A stretch of 64,000 bases of DNA from Balanoglossus misakiensis (taxonomy: Eukaryota; Animalia; Hemichordata), in NCBI GenBank assembly GCA_040954595.2, contig CM082594.2, positions 2,961,319-3,025,318 of the forward strand, read 5' to 3'. The notes below the pieces were generated by a model. It did no database searches. It saw nothing but the letters and a program-made list of their open reading frames with translations, and was not told where the DNA came from. The position numbers and the translations under genes were made by a program. Position 1 is the stretch's first letter; every line of letters begins with the position of its first letter. Below, in pieces: positions 42,675 to 55,965 of this stretch.

Positions 42675-42830
42675 TAGACTCTCTCACAGCCCTTCTCGTC
42701 GTCCATGCAGTCTTATGGACTGATTGCATGTGTCGCCACACAACACCATATGGGGCTTCTCCATTGCTAAACAGTTGAGGGCGCATCAGTGAAGAGCCTT
42801 GTAGCGAACCGTGGGCTGTGAGAGAGTCTA
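42675..42830. mobile_element. ~155 bp MITE, same family as 40370-40519
   Basis: ttctcgcta|tagactctctcacagccc ... gggctgtgagagagtcta|ttctcgtta (9-bp TSD, one mismatch). Confidence 0.9.
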
Positions 42831-43017
42831 TTCTCGTTATGACCTTAATTCTGTGTGTTTTCCGAATTGGACATTGTTACTTCTAAAGTCACGGTGGTTT
42901 TGTTAATCCTTTGTTTATAACAGGCTCTATAGTGTAAAATACCTATAACAATGCTAGCACTCCTTCCGTCGATATTTTTGCATCATAGTCAAGATATGCG
43001 GTCGTTGTGATATTTAA

Positions 43018-43245
43018 AAAAATATACTAAGCAGGGTATTTATTACCCGAGATGAGACTTTAACATGTATGTTAAGTCGTTCAATTCTGGCTGCTTTAAA
43101 AAGATTTTTACTTTATGCTAGGGGGGTCAAATCACACATCACAAATTTTATATGTTTGATCAGTGACATTTTGCGTCCAAAATATACTAATCAGCGGACT
43201 TAAAACCCGAGATGAGACTTTGGCATGTATATTAAGTCGTTCAAT
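43018..43245. repeat. Local direct repeat (~68 bp, period ~160)
   Basis: aaaatatactaa...acccgagatgagacttt..catgtat.ttaagtcgttcaat at about 43018 and 43178. Confidence 0.8.
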
Positions 43246-44376
43246 CAATTAATCAAACCAAAACCACAAGTGTGTTTACTGATTATATCATGCAAGATAG
43301 ATTCGTGTCAACAGATTATATATTCGCACATTTTATACATATAAGAGTTCTATAATCAATGTCATTTTGCGACCAAAGAAACCCTCGATAAAAAGATGAT
43401 ATAGCCTGGATTGGATCACTGTGTGTTTGTCCGTTGTTGGAACTTAATCCGTCTTTAATAGCTGGGCTTAATTCGGTGCATATGGACACATCCGGACACA
43501 AACTATAAGTTCCCGAATCTCCAGACACGAGAAATTATTTCTGGAGGACAGTTTTAATAATGCAAATTAAATTCATCGCAAAACAAACTTCTTCATTGAG
43601 AGGCATCAATATGTTCAAACAATTTTGAACTGTCTACATTAGAAAATCAAAGCAAATGAGCAGCAGTAATCGGATTTGTCTGTGTGCATTGAGTGGTGTA
43701 GATTTTTAATTAAGAATTTAAATAAACACAATAGCCTCTTGTATCTTCATTAAGATAAAGATATTTTAGGTAAATTGAAAATTGGGAAACGGAAATAGTG
43801 CATTGTTGTATATGACGTTCGTCGGAGGGAAATTTGAATGGCCGTAAAGTGCCATCCTCACAGCAGTATATACCAATTTCCAATTTGTCAATCTCAGGCG
43901 AAGGTTAATTAGAAAATAGGCCTAAAATTTAATAATAAAGATGAAGAAACACTGAAAATTGACATTTAGCCCCTTTTCAATTTTCTTTTTTGAAGTTGCA
44001 AATACATGTAGGTTTATTGGTTGGCCGAAATGTGCCACGGATTATGGATCTATTGTGTAACATGCAAGATGCTTGGGAAAGCCAGGAAGTAAATTTGAAA
44101 ACATTGAACGTTTTCCGAAATCGATTTTTTCATGGAGAAGAAGAGAGTTATTTTTCAGATAGGTATAGTGACATTTGTACACTTGATAAACTTACTACAT
44201 ATCGTAGATTTAAAATATCTCTAGAACCAGAAATGTTTTTGTACTTGGTAAAAACCCAAATCATATGCAAATGCTCGCACGCTTCAGGTGTTCATCGCAT
44301 GATTTACATAATGACGCCAACAGAAAACTTGGGATTGCAAGAAATTACAGACTGTGTAAACTTCGTGCAGATTACC

Positions 44377-45077
44377 GTGGGGCAGCATTAACATGGAACC
44401 TTTCTGCAGCGGAGTACTGGTCAGCAATCGATACATTCTAACTTCATCTACCTGTGTTCGAGCCGCTGAAACGAGAATGGAATCGGGGAACTCCAATCAA
44501 ATTCAGGTCAAAATTGGCGTAACGGATGTGGAGTCTCCGGGCGAACATGAGCAAACTTTCTACTTGAATGGTTCGCACTGCTTACCGTCCGTAAATGGCA
44601 ATGTGTGCCTTGTCAGGCTCAGTGCGGCTGCCCAGTTCAACAACAACGTCAGTCCTGTGTCTACCTCCCGACAGAGTCCTCGACGAAGTCCGGGCGTCAG
44701 AAGACACTTATGGTTTTACCATGGGATGGGCGCGTGCGCACCAAAACAGTTCGCATCAAAGCAAACTTCAGCGCATCCCTCTGCTCATCAAGGATTGGGA
44801 GACGTGCAGACAACATGTGCAAGACAACTGGGAATACAGTAAAGATTATTTCTGCGCAGGTCACGTGGATGGCGAAAATGGAGGCAACCGTTGCTATGGT
44901 CACGACGGAGGACCGTTTCTAAAATTACACAAAGGACGCTGGTATTTGTATGGAGTGGTTGCCAATGAATGGGACAAGTGGGGTCAGGAAGGTTGCCCGA
45001 GACGAGGAACGTATGGCTGGTTCCGGAGATCCGTGAAATCTATTGATGATATCAAGTCAGTTATTTGCGACTACTGA
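44377..45077 (+). pseudogene. 5'-truncated, frameshifted duplicate of the serine-protease-homolog exon (16772-17475)
   Basis: About 97% identical to 16772-17511. Lacks the splice acceptor and first ~105 nt of the exon. A 2-bp deletion (cctgtgtgtcta -> cctgtgtcta, ~44657) splits the frame into ORFs 44393 and 44595. Confidence 0.92.
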
Positions 45078-48000
45078 ATGTTTAATTAGTGGTTACGAAA
45101 TTTTGACATAAATTAATGTCAAGCCAGTCTCGAATTGCCACGAAGTTATGAATACTATCATGTGAAAAACATGATTTTGAGTGTGGAAATTCAAATAAAT
45201 GAACAAAATCCAACGGTAATTTCAGTCATGTTAAACATTGGAGGCATTGGATTATTTTATGTTCATGGTAAAATATGAATGATACACTAGAGCTAGAAGG
45301 TACCACCATGGTTTGCCATTTGCACTGATAGCATCAATGGCATCTAGAATCTCAAGCCAAAACTCTTTCAACATATTTTGATATTAGTGTGCAAAAGATT
45401 TATCACTTCTGAGTGTGGGAATCAAAGTTGTAGTTGTTTATCTTAAGCCTTGGGACACAATAAAAAAAAGGTTTCTTTAACGTGTATGTAACAAAGCAGA
45501 ATAGAAGACGTAAGCTTTTGACATCGATACGTCTCCAAAAGTCTTATGGGAAGTGTCAGCCCCTTTACCCACCTGTCGGATCGATAAACACATTCCACAT
45601 GACATCACAGATCGTCAGGGGCCAGGCAGCAAATACTTAATGAGGCAAGGAAGATAAATCAGTGACGTTTACTGCGTGTATGCAGAGTGATTTGATTATA
45701 GGGGGTTCTCACTGTAACATTTTCAATGGCCCGTTAATTTACCACAACACATATGCGTTAGCAGCCAGAGTCAATCTCAAAACAAAGACTTAAACACTTC
45801 AGCGTGAGGACACACACAGATTCTGCAGTCTGATTCCTTGTTTTTGCAGAGAGTAAACTCCGATCTTGCATCGCCCCGAGAACAACACACCGAGAATAGG
45901 GCTATGAGAAAAACAACCTTAGCACAAGCTCTTTCTGTAGGCAATGATTAACATGGCAATGGCGAAGTGTGCCTGATATTTGTCACCCAATAAATACCCC
46001 ACACCTTCCTATACAATTTCGTTAAGTTTGTTGACCAAAACGTTCGCACAGGTGGTTTGAATCCAGCAAAATGCGTTTTGTTTGCGGACAACAATTCCGT
46101 CAGTTTCTCGCGTCGGGAGCGTTTTAATTATTGTGTGAGTTTGGCCGATAGTTAACGCTTAGTGCACCCATTGGACACTTCAGTCGTAAACTTTACAATA
46201 TTTAAATTTGAGAACAAAACTTTAGGATCATCGTGCAAAATTTTGAATAACAGGGCAAAATTGTCTCAAACTGACATTCAAACTCGCTACCAACTCTACG
46301 AAGGAAAATTAAAGTGATGGTTCTTGTAAACAAGCTTGTGAACACCATGCATGTCTTTTTTTTCTTTTCACAAAGACTCATCACATATTTTATTTAAAGC
46401 TAAAAATAGACAGTATTGAGCAATGTATTTTTCTACACACCTGTCCCCGAGGCGCAGACTACCTTTAGGGCAAACATGTAAGCTGATTTATATGTGTAAC
46501 ACCCCGTGCACACCCACGTCAGGAAAACATAGTTATTTATTCATATAAATACACGTTACTTCATCTTTAAATATCACTACGCATGTTTAATTGCTTCAGC
46601 ACATGTACATATTGTTTTGGAAAGTTGCCCAAAGACGTAAACAGAGGAGTCGATTATGACTGGGGACATCAAATCAGAGCGTCGTGACTAAGTGTGAATT
46701 GCACCTCAGGATTTACGGCTGAGAATCGCGTTCAGGTAGGCGTCTCGCCAACAGATTGTGGCAGAAATTTTTTAGATCTTCATACCATGATTCGATTCGT
46801 TCAAACTGTGGTAGAAAACGGAAAGAAAAAAATAATATCACCGAAAACTCGTAAATAAGATAAAAAGGAAAAATCTGAGACACTTCAATAAGAGAAATGG
46901 AGAAAATGCGATTTAAAAGATATAAGTTGCCATTCACTCTCTGTTGTTCAAAGGTGGGTACCAGGGCGTGAAAGTCTTTGTTAATAGTGTTGATTGGGAA
47001 TGTTTTAATGGATAAACTATTTTTTTCTTCAAAATATTAAACCAAATATCGTGTATAACCGACTGTAGACGGACAGTTTAACTTCTTTGTAGATAATGGC
47101 AAAATACGCCTCGTTACTGTTATCGAATTTCAACTTTGATATAACATGAACCTGTTGACAGCGTCTCCTTTAACAGGGGGGGGGGGGACAAAATTAGTTC
47201 AGCTGATTTTACGTATGTCCTAGCTTTGGTGTCAGCTATTTGGTAATACAGTAGAAGGAGGGATTGGACAACTTACTGTATTTTGAATCATGGGAAAAGG
47301 GCGCCAGGTTTGACTTCCTTCAACGTGATATGGGAGAGACCATTTTGCGATCGATGTCCCTTCAGTATTTCCATTTCCATTCTGTCGACTTTCCGTCAGT
47401 CCAGTGCATATACAATGCTTGACCGTAGTAATCAGTGCATCTCAGTGCATGTTTGCTGGTATGATTGCTCTGTTATTCTGTTTTGCATTAAATAATTCGT
47501 TTGTGGGTTGGCTTCTGGACGTTGCTGGTACCCCTCTGGAAAGGTGGGATGACCCTGATGTAATATTTTACTCGAAATACCCTGCACCTGTGCGACGAGC
47601 TCATTCCCCAAATCTCAACTGATCCAGCGCAGAACTACCTGGACCCTCGATAGAGCAACAACACTGCTTGGAAACTACAGGAGAGGTCTACCGTCCGGAA
47701 CCCCTATTTATATTGCATAAGAGGTAAGTAGCCGGTGTTTACTATAATCAGCGGTGCGACTTTTCGACTCCAAATGGGAAAAGGTGAAAACCAAGCTCCG
47801 TTCGCAAATTTTATCATTTTTTTCGAGAGAGAGTATTTGCAGTACGCGCTATTGTTCCAAGTTTTGACGTGACTTTCCGCTTGAAACGTGCAGGAGTAGT
47901 GCAGACGACGCGTCGACGCCCAAGTGCTTTCAGTTTTCAACACCTGCGCCAAAAACATCGTCTGTTCATTAGTTTTTCTGGTGGGAGACAGAGAGGTAGC

Positions 48001-49664
48001 GGTAGTCGAGAGAAAACTATGGCTGAATTTGCAGTTGTTGCGGTAAAGCTTATATTATTTATTGAAGTCCCAAGAACTTGGGTAAGTTCAAGAAACAGTG
48101 TTAATGGAAATTTGCCGCGCGAAGTACTTCTGTGTCAGATTTCTGTGCACATTTACTAGTCCGTTTAATACTCCATTTTTGTGTTATGGCAAACATACCA
48201 ACATCTTAACTTTGAAGGTAATATTGCTGTTGTTATATTTTGATGCCCGTTTATACTGCATCTTGAGTGTGTGCGGGTGATACCTTCAAATATTTAAGAA
48301 AGCCCGGTAAACTTTCACAATTTTGGTGCCCACATTGCCTTGACGGGGAACACTACATTTTTTGTCGCAGTCCTCCATATTTGCTGTGCGGAGAAGTTCC
48401 ATTTTCTGACTTGTTAATTTTTCATCCTTTTTAGTTTGAAAAAAAAGACGAATGCGCACAATTTTCCAGTTTATGGTCTGCGCGTACATCCTTAAGCAAC
48501 TCATTTGCTTGTGTCAATAACGTTTGTGTCGCATTATATTACTCTGTTTTATTATCATTGTGACACACTCCGACTACTTTAGTGTTTAATGTTATTCATT
48601 ATCTTGTGACATTTCGATTTATCTTGGTATTGCTCAGTATATTGTTATGGAAGTGTTGTTCAATCTTGTTTGGTATGGCATAGTGTTTTTGCATGGCTTC
48701 ACTCACGTACTGGTGTTGCTATGGTGACCGTTGCTAGGATTGTCTTCAGCTCTGACAATTTGTTGATGGGAAATTTCCTATCACGCCATTTGCGGATGAT
48801 ACCATGGCCCATGATCGTACACAGTGCGTTTTGCGTCACGCGATCAGCCTGTTCTGAACCATGCTTTCGAGGCGAATTTGCTTGTCTGCTTTGGAAGAAG
48901 GACCCCCAAGATTCCCTCCTTTATAGCCCAGATGAGATCTCACCGATGAATTTATTTTTAATTTGACTGAGCTACATTTGTATTTGTAAAATGACAATAG
49001 TACAAACAGTTTTTGTAGCTATCCTCAATGAAAAAGACGAATGCGCGCGATTTTTTTCAGTTTATGGTCTGCGCGCGTTTATTGCCACTATATTACTCTG
49101 TTTTATAATCATTGTGATACACTCCGACCACTTTAGTGTTTAATGTCATTTCATTATCTTGTGACATTTTGATTCATCTTGGTATTGCACACTATATTGT
49201 CATGAAAGTGTTGTTTAATCTTGTTTGGTATGGCATGGTGTTTTGTATGGCTTAACGCACGTACTGGTGTTACTATGGTGACCGTTGCTAGGATTGCTTT
49301 CAGCCCTGACAAGCTGTTGATGGGAAATTTCCTATCACGCCGTTGGCGGATGATACCATGGCCCATGATCGTACACCAATCAAAAGTACATTCTGCGTCA
49401 CGTGATTAGCCTGTTCTGAACCATGCTTTCGAGGCGAATTTGCTTGTCTGCTTTGGAAGAAGGACCCCCCAAGATTCCCTCCTTAATAGCCCAGATGAGA
49501 TCTCAATTGTGTTTACCTAATCGGGTCGGTAGTGCCGAGATTTCGTCAGAGACGCTTGCTTTCGGGTGTGTTTCGACCCGCTAACGAGAAACCAACGCTG
49601 TTTGTGAGAGGCTTTGATCGATGAATGCTGTTTTGAGAATCGTCTTGTTACTTGATAGATTTAA

Positions 49665-49849
49665 AGGTATACCGTCATCTCCAATTTACATGCGCCCATA
49701 TATGGCTGAAATGGCGCATTTGAAGGTTCTAAAGAACATATGGTGGCGCTCTTTTTTCGCGTGTGCCACCCAATGAAAATCCGTGATTGGCTAGATCTCA
49801 AGTTTACCATGGTAACTGTAGCTTAATTTCCATAGGTGACCGTATACCT
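49665..49849. mobile_element. MITE family K2 (inside duplication copy B)
   Basis: Same position as 36818-37002 in copy A; TTAA on both sides. Confidence 0.85.
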
Positions 49850-49853
49850 TTAA

Positions 49854-50660
49854 TTATCACATACATAGCTCCGCATATACCATAGTATGACGTCAGACGT
49901 AGGTAAATTTGCACCTAGCGTTATTGTAATACCCATCCCTCTGACGTCACCAAACGGAACTATTTTAAACTTGTAAACAAAGTCCTCTTAGGGCGACAAA
50001 ATTCAGTGCAATTGTTGGTTTTATTTCGATATTAAAAAATAAGCAAAGATAAATAAAATGTTTCGTATGTGTAAATATGGACGATCGACGATTAGTTTTA
50101 CCTGTGTACATTTTTATCGCACCAACCGGCACCAAAACTGTCGCGAGGTCGTCAGTGCTGAGCCAAAGTCGTCGCGTTGTCGAACGAGCGACAGGTACAA
50201 AACTGAGTATTCGCAAAAATTTTGATGCGACGATTAGAGCAAAACGGTCTAGTCATAAAGCAAAAGGCACAAGAAAGGTTTCCTGCTCCAGTGAAACCTT
50301 GACGGACGATGAAATCCAGCTGACGCACGACAGACGGGTCCTCGCCAAAACCAGAATCGTCCAGGTCGTGACCTGAGTCACCTGACAGATAGACCGCATA
50401 ACAATTTTGCACAAAATAGTTCCAAATTTTATCGCAACCACAAAGAGATTTATTTGAAAATCAAAATTAGCGGATCTATCTATGTGATAAACATATAATT
50501 CACCCGTATTCCTCACTCGTGTACCTGCGTCGCGAACTCGTGATTCCCCGTATAGCTGTATCCCTCCTCGCCTGCGGCTCGGAGGGATACGGCCGCTATA
50601 CGGGGAATCACTCGTCCGCGACGCAGGCACACTCGTTCGAAATACGGGGGAATTATATAT
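49854..50660. mobile_element. ~810 bp non-coding insertion with internal inverted repeat and terminal hairpin (Crypton-like, inferred)
   Basis: Absent from copy A (empty site ctttaataaaatgagg at 37001). ttatcacatacatagctccgc at the start pairs with gcggatctatctatgtgataa (~50470-50490); 50493-50658 is a ~165 bp hairpin. Confidence 0.8.
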
Positions 50661-51013
50661 AATAAACTGAGGTGGAACAAAACTGAGCTCTTCTGCCATG
50701 TAGTGAATATAGTTCTACAATATCGGGCATGATGCAATACGTATTCTTCTTAATTGATGTACCACTGTCAAATAGCCTACTATCGATACCACAAAAACAT
50801 GCCCCATATCTACGCATATGGCGCTTGTGCCTACGTCTTTGACGTTCTCTACATTGTTTACAGAAATCGACCATACAACTGTACAAGTAATCCTGGAAAC
50901 CTTGCGATTATCTGCTGTTGAGTACTAAGTACTTTAAAATGAGGTAATTTTTGTGTGTGTGTGTTTTTCCCATGAAATGGCAGATGAATTGTATTTCTTT
51001 GAGCATGTGCTTA

Positions 51014-51059
<46 letters not shown>

Positions 51060-53084
51060 ACCCCCCCCCCCAACCATTATTGTGCACGTTAGATCTTTTC
51101 ATCCCGAAACACATCCCATTTCTTTGTGGACGCCGGGATCAGAGTTAAGCAAAGTGAAAAACTGACGTCTCGCAACATCACAGCGAGAAACGTGACTCCA
51201 TTTTAGACCTTGAATGGATGAAATTTTAAATACCCCCATTTTATGTCAAATTGCTGTTTGCCAATACATAAGCGTGCCCTTGGGCCGGCAGCAAGCATAT
51301 GTATGGGTGAATTATCCGGTGAAAAAACGTTTACAGCCTGTCGGTGGGGATTGGCTGATAGAAAAAGAATGTCAAACTTCTAACATGTTAGTTCCGTACT
51401 CCTCTCCCACGAGGAAAACACTGATATCCATCGGTAAAATTGAAAGCAACGTCATTAGTTGCCTTCAATTCAGGATTTTTTGAATTCTCCTTAATCCATT
51501 AAAGAAAATAGGGGTCACTATGAGTGCCTTTGAAATACAAGGCCACGAATTAAGTCGATAAAATAACTGCCAGGTCAGTATTTTTCACCAACGGTCTTTC
51601 TACGGGTGAACACATTCAACGAATATTATCTCAAACTTGAGTACGGTGACCATAAAGTTTTTTAATCGACCACCAAGTTTAATAGTGTTTGGCTGAGCTA
51701 CAATGTATGTGGAAAATCGTCGTGAAATCGACAATGGTGCAGGAAGTGGGTTTTCAAGCAATTCTGTTGTAATCCTAGAGTAAGAGACGCTCGAAGTGCG
51801 TGTACCTCCTTTATTTCCATACGCCCATTTAGCCTGCGAATGACAGTTTGTTGGCGAAGTGTTGTTTTTCGCCTGGCCACCCCGCGAATCTCTGTGATTG
51901 CCTAGATTATTAATTTTTAATCTCTCCGTGGTCACCGTGGTTAAGTTTGCATTGATTTTCGCGCTGAATGAACGATATTAGTGACGGATCTGTTTCAGAG
52001 GAAAAAACCTCAACAACCATACCTTTGACGTAATCATACTTGATGATGGTATCTTAAAGTCCCAATAACTGCCACTTTTTTTTACCATTCCGGATTAATA
52101 TTCAATTGTCAACAACTTATATCAGTACGTTTAAACGCAATATGGTATAGGCTGTGATGAGATTGTTTTGTGTACAATCATCAACAAATTGAGACAAGAA
52201 AAACAACTGAGACAAACAACGGAGAAGCCTAACTTGGGTTCAACACATCATCTATTCAATTCCACTTCGCTTGAACTCTCCGTAGCTTGCTCACAGTACC
52301 CGTCGCTATACTCTCAACATAGCACAATAGACAGGAACACATCAACAGTTGGTATTTTCCTCTTACTGTTTGCGTGTATATAAAACAAAAACGCTGCTTG
52401 TGAAATAATATAGTTTAAACCATTGAAACATTTTTTTTCATGTGGCAACATTGATATCCATTTGCCTATATGATTTCGTCTATGCCACTTTTGACAATAT
52501 AGAATAATTCGAACCATATAATTTACCGCTACTATTACCATGAGATCTTCTTAGCCGATTTAACTTATGACGCTCCGCAGGCAATTTCCGTGATGTCCAC
52601 GGAGAATTAACATATTCTCAAAAACAACCTATCAATTATTCGTTCAGGGCCAACACGTAGAGTCACGTGATTCTCTCTCTATATATACCACTCAACTATC
52701 GCTGCCTCACCCATTCTTTGATCCTCTGGACAGAAGATTTTACAAAAAGCGGCAAGACACGCAACAGGTGAGTTGACAAAAATCATACAAGAAATTAATA
52801 ACCTGCTGGTAGATGTATAGAAGCTAAGGATAATTTTACATCGCGACATACACCTGCAAGTGTACACATGCACACGTTTGCTTGAGAACGTCGGGGCCCG
52901 TCTTATCCATCTGTGATTTGCCTATGGAAGACATATTTTCTCGTCGTTCAAGCATAAAGTAAACTCTTCTTTGAGAAGATTGTTGTGATATTTGGACCTT
53001 TGTCTGATACCTATAATTTTTAGTTAAAGATGTGAATATAGTTTATCAGAGAATCTCGTCTATGCAATTACAAATTCTGCGGTG

Positions 53085-53230
53085 TGGTTTAGTGGAGTGT
53101 AAGGTGGTGTAGTAATGTGTTGTGTCGTGTCGTGTTCTGTTCTGTTGAAATGTGTTTTGTTTTGTTGTATGGTGTGATGTGGTGTCATGTCGTGTGGCGG
53201 GCGTGGCGTGGCTGGTATGTGGTGTGGTGG
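53085..53230. repeat. Degenerate pentanucleotide (GTGTG/GTGTC/GTTCT) simple repeat
   Basis: Direct read. Confidence 0.75.
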
Positions 53231-53974
53231 TTCTTTGTGATATAAGAACTCCTATAGTAGCGTGTATTGATGGCATGGCGCGGACGAAAGGTGGTGTATG
53301 TATCATCCATTAATATCTTTATTGGAGTCGAGGTAGTTATTCAGGTCATTCAGGTAGATTTGAGCGTGTAAACCATCCTCTCCGGGACCAGATCGGAGTA
53401 AAATCAAAGTTAAGCGAAGTATGCGTCAGAAATGGTGTCGACAATCTATCACCTCACTGTGTCAGTCACGGTGTTTTGGTCCCTCGCTCGGAGGGCGTGG
53501 CCGCAAACCAACTGTATGTCCCTTCTCTCAACGACACCATACAGCAGTGAGAGAAATTAGTACCGTGCAATATCGGACAAGTTTTATCTTCTTCTCTATA
53601 TTTATCGTGGCCATAATGGAGCTTGAAAAGACTACTGTAGAAATGTGAGGATGTCACTTGCCCCCCAAACCCCCCCTCCCCCCAACTTGCCACGAGACTA
53701 TGGCATAAGACTGGATTCCGTAATTTACCTTGTGTTTTTATGACATCTATTTATTATCTCTTAGACAAAATAATAATAATATGTGCTGTTCCTATTACAT
53801 GGTTTTCAAAAATAGGGTAGGTAGGTAGGTAGAGATTTTTTTATTTTTGGAGAGAAAAAATACATTACAGATCGAAGTATTCACGTGAAATTGTGTCAAA
53901 TTAATCATCCATAGTTCCGGTTCATGACGTACAAGATTATACAATTGAGATTTACTAGTACATGTATGTAACTC

Positions 53975-54275
53975 CATCCAATGAAACTTGTGTATAGACC
54001 ATTTTGCAATCAAAATAATAAGGTTCATCTCATCCAATTTACCATTCTTTTCAATCCCATAACAATATATTGCCGACTCAAAGCTTCATGTAAGTCATAC
54101 AACCTCTGTCGGACATTTCTACAATTTTCAATTGCCATACTTTTCTGGCCATGCTACATTACAATACCAGAAAAGGGAGTTGTCTCGGATTTTTTTCCAA
54201 AGATACAATTTTACATTATTTAAACATTTCTTATGCAAAAATTTCCAATGAAATACTCTTGATTTGTTCTTCTTT
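53975..54275 (-). mobile_element. L1/Tx1-type LINE ORF2 C-terminal (zf-RVT region) remnant
   Basis: Minus-strand pieces resembling FHWKFLHKKCLNNVKLYLW, LFWYC and MNLIILIAKWSIHK, typical of the Tx1/L1 ORF2 tail; frameshifted. Confidence 0.6.
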
Positions 54276-54317
54276 GTATAACTCTGTGAGCTAAAGTCCA
54301 AACTGTTCTTTACTTGA

Positions 54318-54403
54318 ACCCTTTCACCCCCAGTTCCCTCTATAGAGGTCCAACCTAAGCATAGAAAACAATGGGTTTGGACTAAACCATGACGATGAAA
54401 GGG
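54318..54403. mobile_element. Small piggyBac-like MITE (CCCT...AGGG|TTAA)
   Basis: tgaa|ccctttcacc ... gatgaaaggg|ttaa. Confidence 0.5.
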
Positions 54404-54762
54404 TTAAATCAATCAGTCCAAACCCATGCTGCCAGCTCTAAGTACTGACTGGTTGTGAAATACGGCTGACAAGAAATCTATATACATCTCGTGTTTTCGA
54501 TTTCATCAATTTTACTTTGTTGTTCTTATAAATAAATAAAGAGGGTAGTTCTCCCAACATGCATTATCGTCAGTCAAACGTACAGTCCACATGAAAATTG
54601 GCATATTACAGCTTCCTTCGTGTAATGGTCCAGCTAGCACTTTTCTGGAAATTTTACCAAGGCCCTTTGTAATGTCGAAATGTTTAATAATGTGCTCTGG
54701 TACAACGATCATAGAAACTATATAGATATGATGATTGGGATAACTGAATGCAAGAGCATTCA

Positions 54763-55965
54763 TTATAACCCCTCACGTATTATGTCGTATTCGTGATTGG
54801 CTAAGACGCGCTCACGTGACATAGAGAAAAAAGTGATATAACATGGCAAGAGTTGATAAAGCCCTGTTGATATTGCCCGCTGGGTTGTTTTGGTGTTCTG
54901 CGCACGACTTCTGCACTTAACAAGCTGTCGTTCAATGGCTTCCTCCACGATCAGTCAACTCCCGCATCTATGGCTTCAAAGCGACACTTAAATAATAACA
55001 CATGATAGCGAGGGCAATATCACGATTTGAAGCCTGCACGAGGGATGGTGATCTCTGACTATAATATTGATGATGCCCGAGCCGCAGGCGAGGGTATCAT
55101 CAATATTGTGGTCAGAGATCACCAGCCCGAGGGCAGGCTTCAAATCGTGATGTTGCCCGAGCATCATGTGTTATTAATTTTATTACGCCGAACATTTGAA
55201 CGTACATACACTGCAGCATAGAAGAACGTAAACGCGCGTCCATATGTCGTACGTTGCTGAAAATGTAAAATGTCTCGATCTCCCAAGAATTATATGATAC
55301 CTACTTCGAACTTAGATTATTTTGAAAATACTGCGCTGTTGGTTGCAATTTTGGTGTATTTACTGCCCGTTTGCATTAAAATATCGTCCAGTTGAACAGG
55401 TATTAAGCCTATGTGTCGCTTTGAAGCCATAGATGCGAGAGTTGACTGATCGTGGAGGAAGCCATTGAACGACAGTTTGGAACGCGCAGAAGTCGCGCGC
55501 AGAACATCAAAACAACCCAGCGGGCAATATCAGCGCACGCGACAGGGCTTTATCAACTCTAACCATGTTATATCACTTTTTTTTCTATATCACGTGAGCG
55601 CGTCTCAGCCAATCACGAATACGGTATAATACGTGAGGTGTAATAAACAGGATTAACACCTGTTCAACTGGACGATATTTTACCGCAAACGGACAGTAAA
55701 AACACCAAAATCGCAACGAACAGCGCAGTATCCTCAAAATTATCTGAGTACGAAGTAGGTATAGTTCTTGGGAGATCGAGACATTTACATTCTCAGCAAT
55801 GCAACGTACGACATGGACGCCACCTTACATGTACGTTCTTCTATGCGGCAGTGTATGTACGTTCAAATGTTTGGCGTAATAAAATTAATAACACATGATG
55901 CTCGGGCAACATCACGATTTGAAGCCTGCCCTCGGGCTGGTGCTCTCTGACCATACTATTGATGA
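54763..55965. mobile_element. 1.2 kb non-coding element made of interlocked inverted repeats (A-b-b'-C-A'-C'-b)
   Basis: A 54763-54988 pairs with A' 55411-55646; b/b' form a hairpin at 54995-55175; C 55175-55406 pairs with C' 55653-55887; b recurs at 55887-55965. Confidence 0.8.

Larger units (their letters stand above)
45127..51019 (+). repeat. Segmental duplication, copy B (~5.9 kb)
   Basis: Collinear with 32133-37350; has an extra ~810 bp insertion (49854-50660) and an internal duplication (48445-48945 / 49030-49505). Confidence 0.95.
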
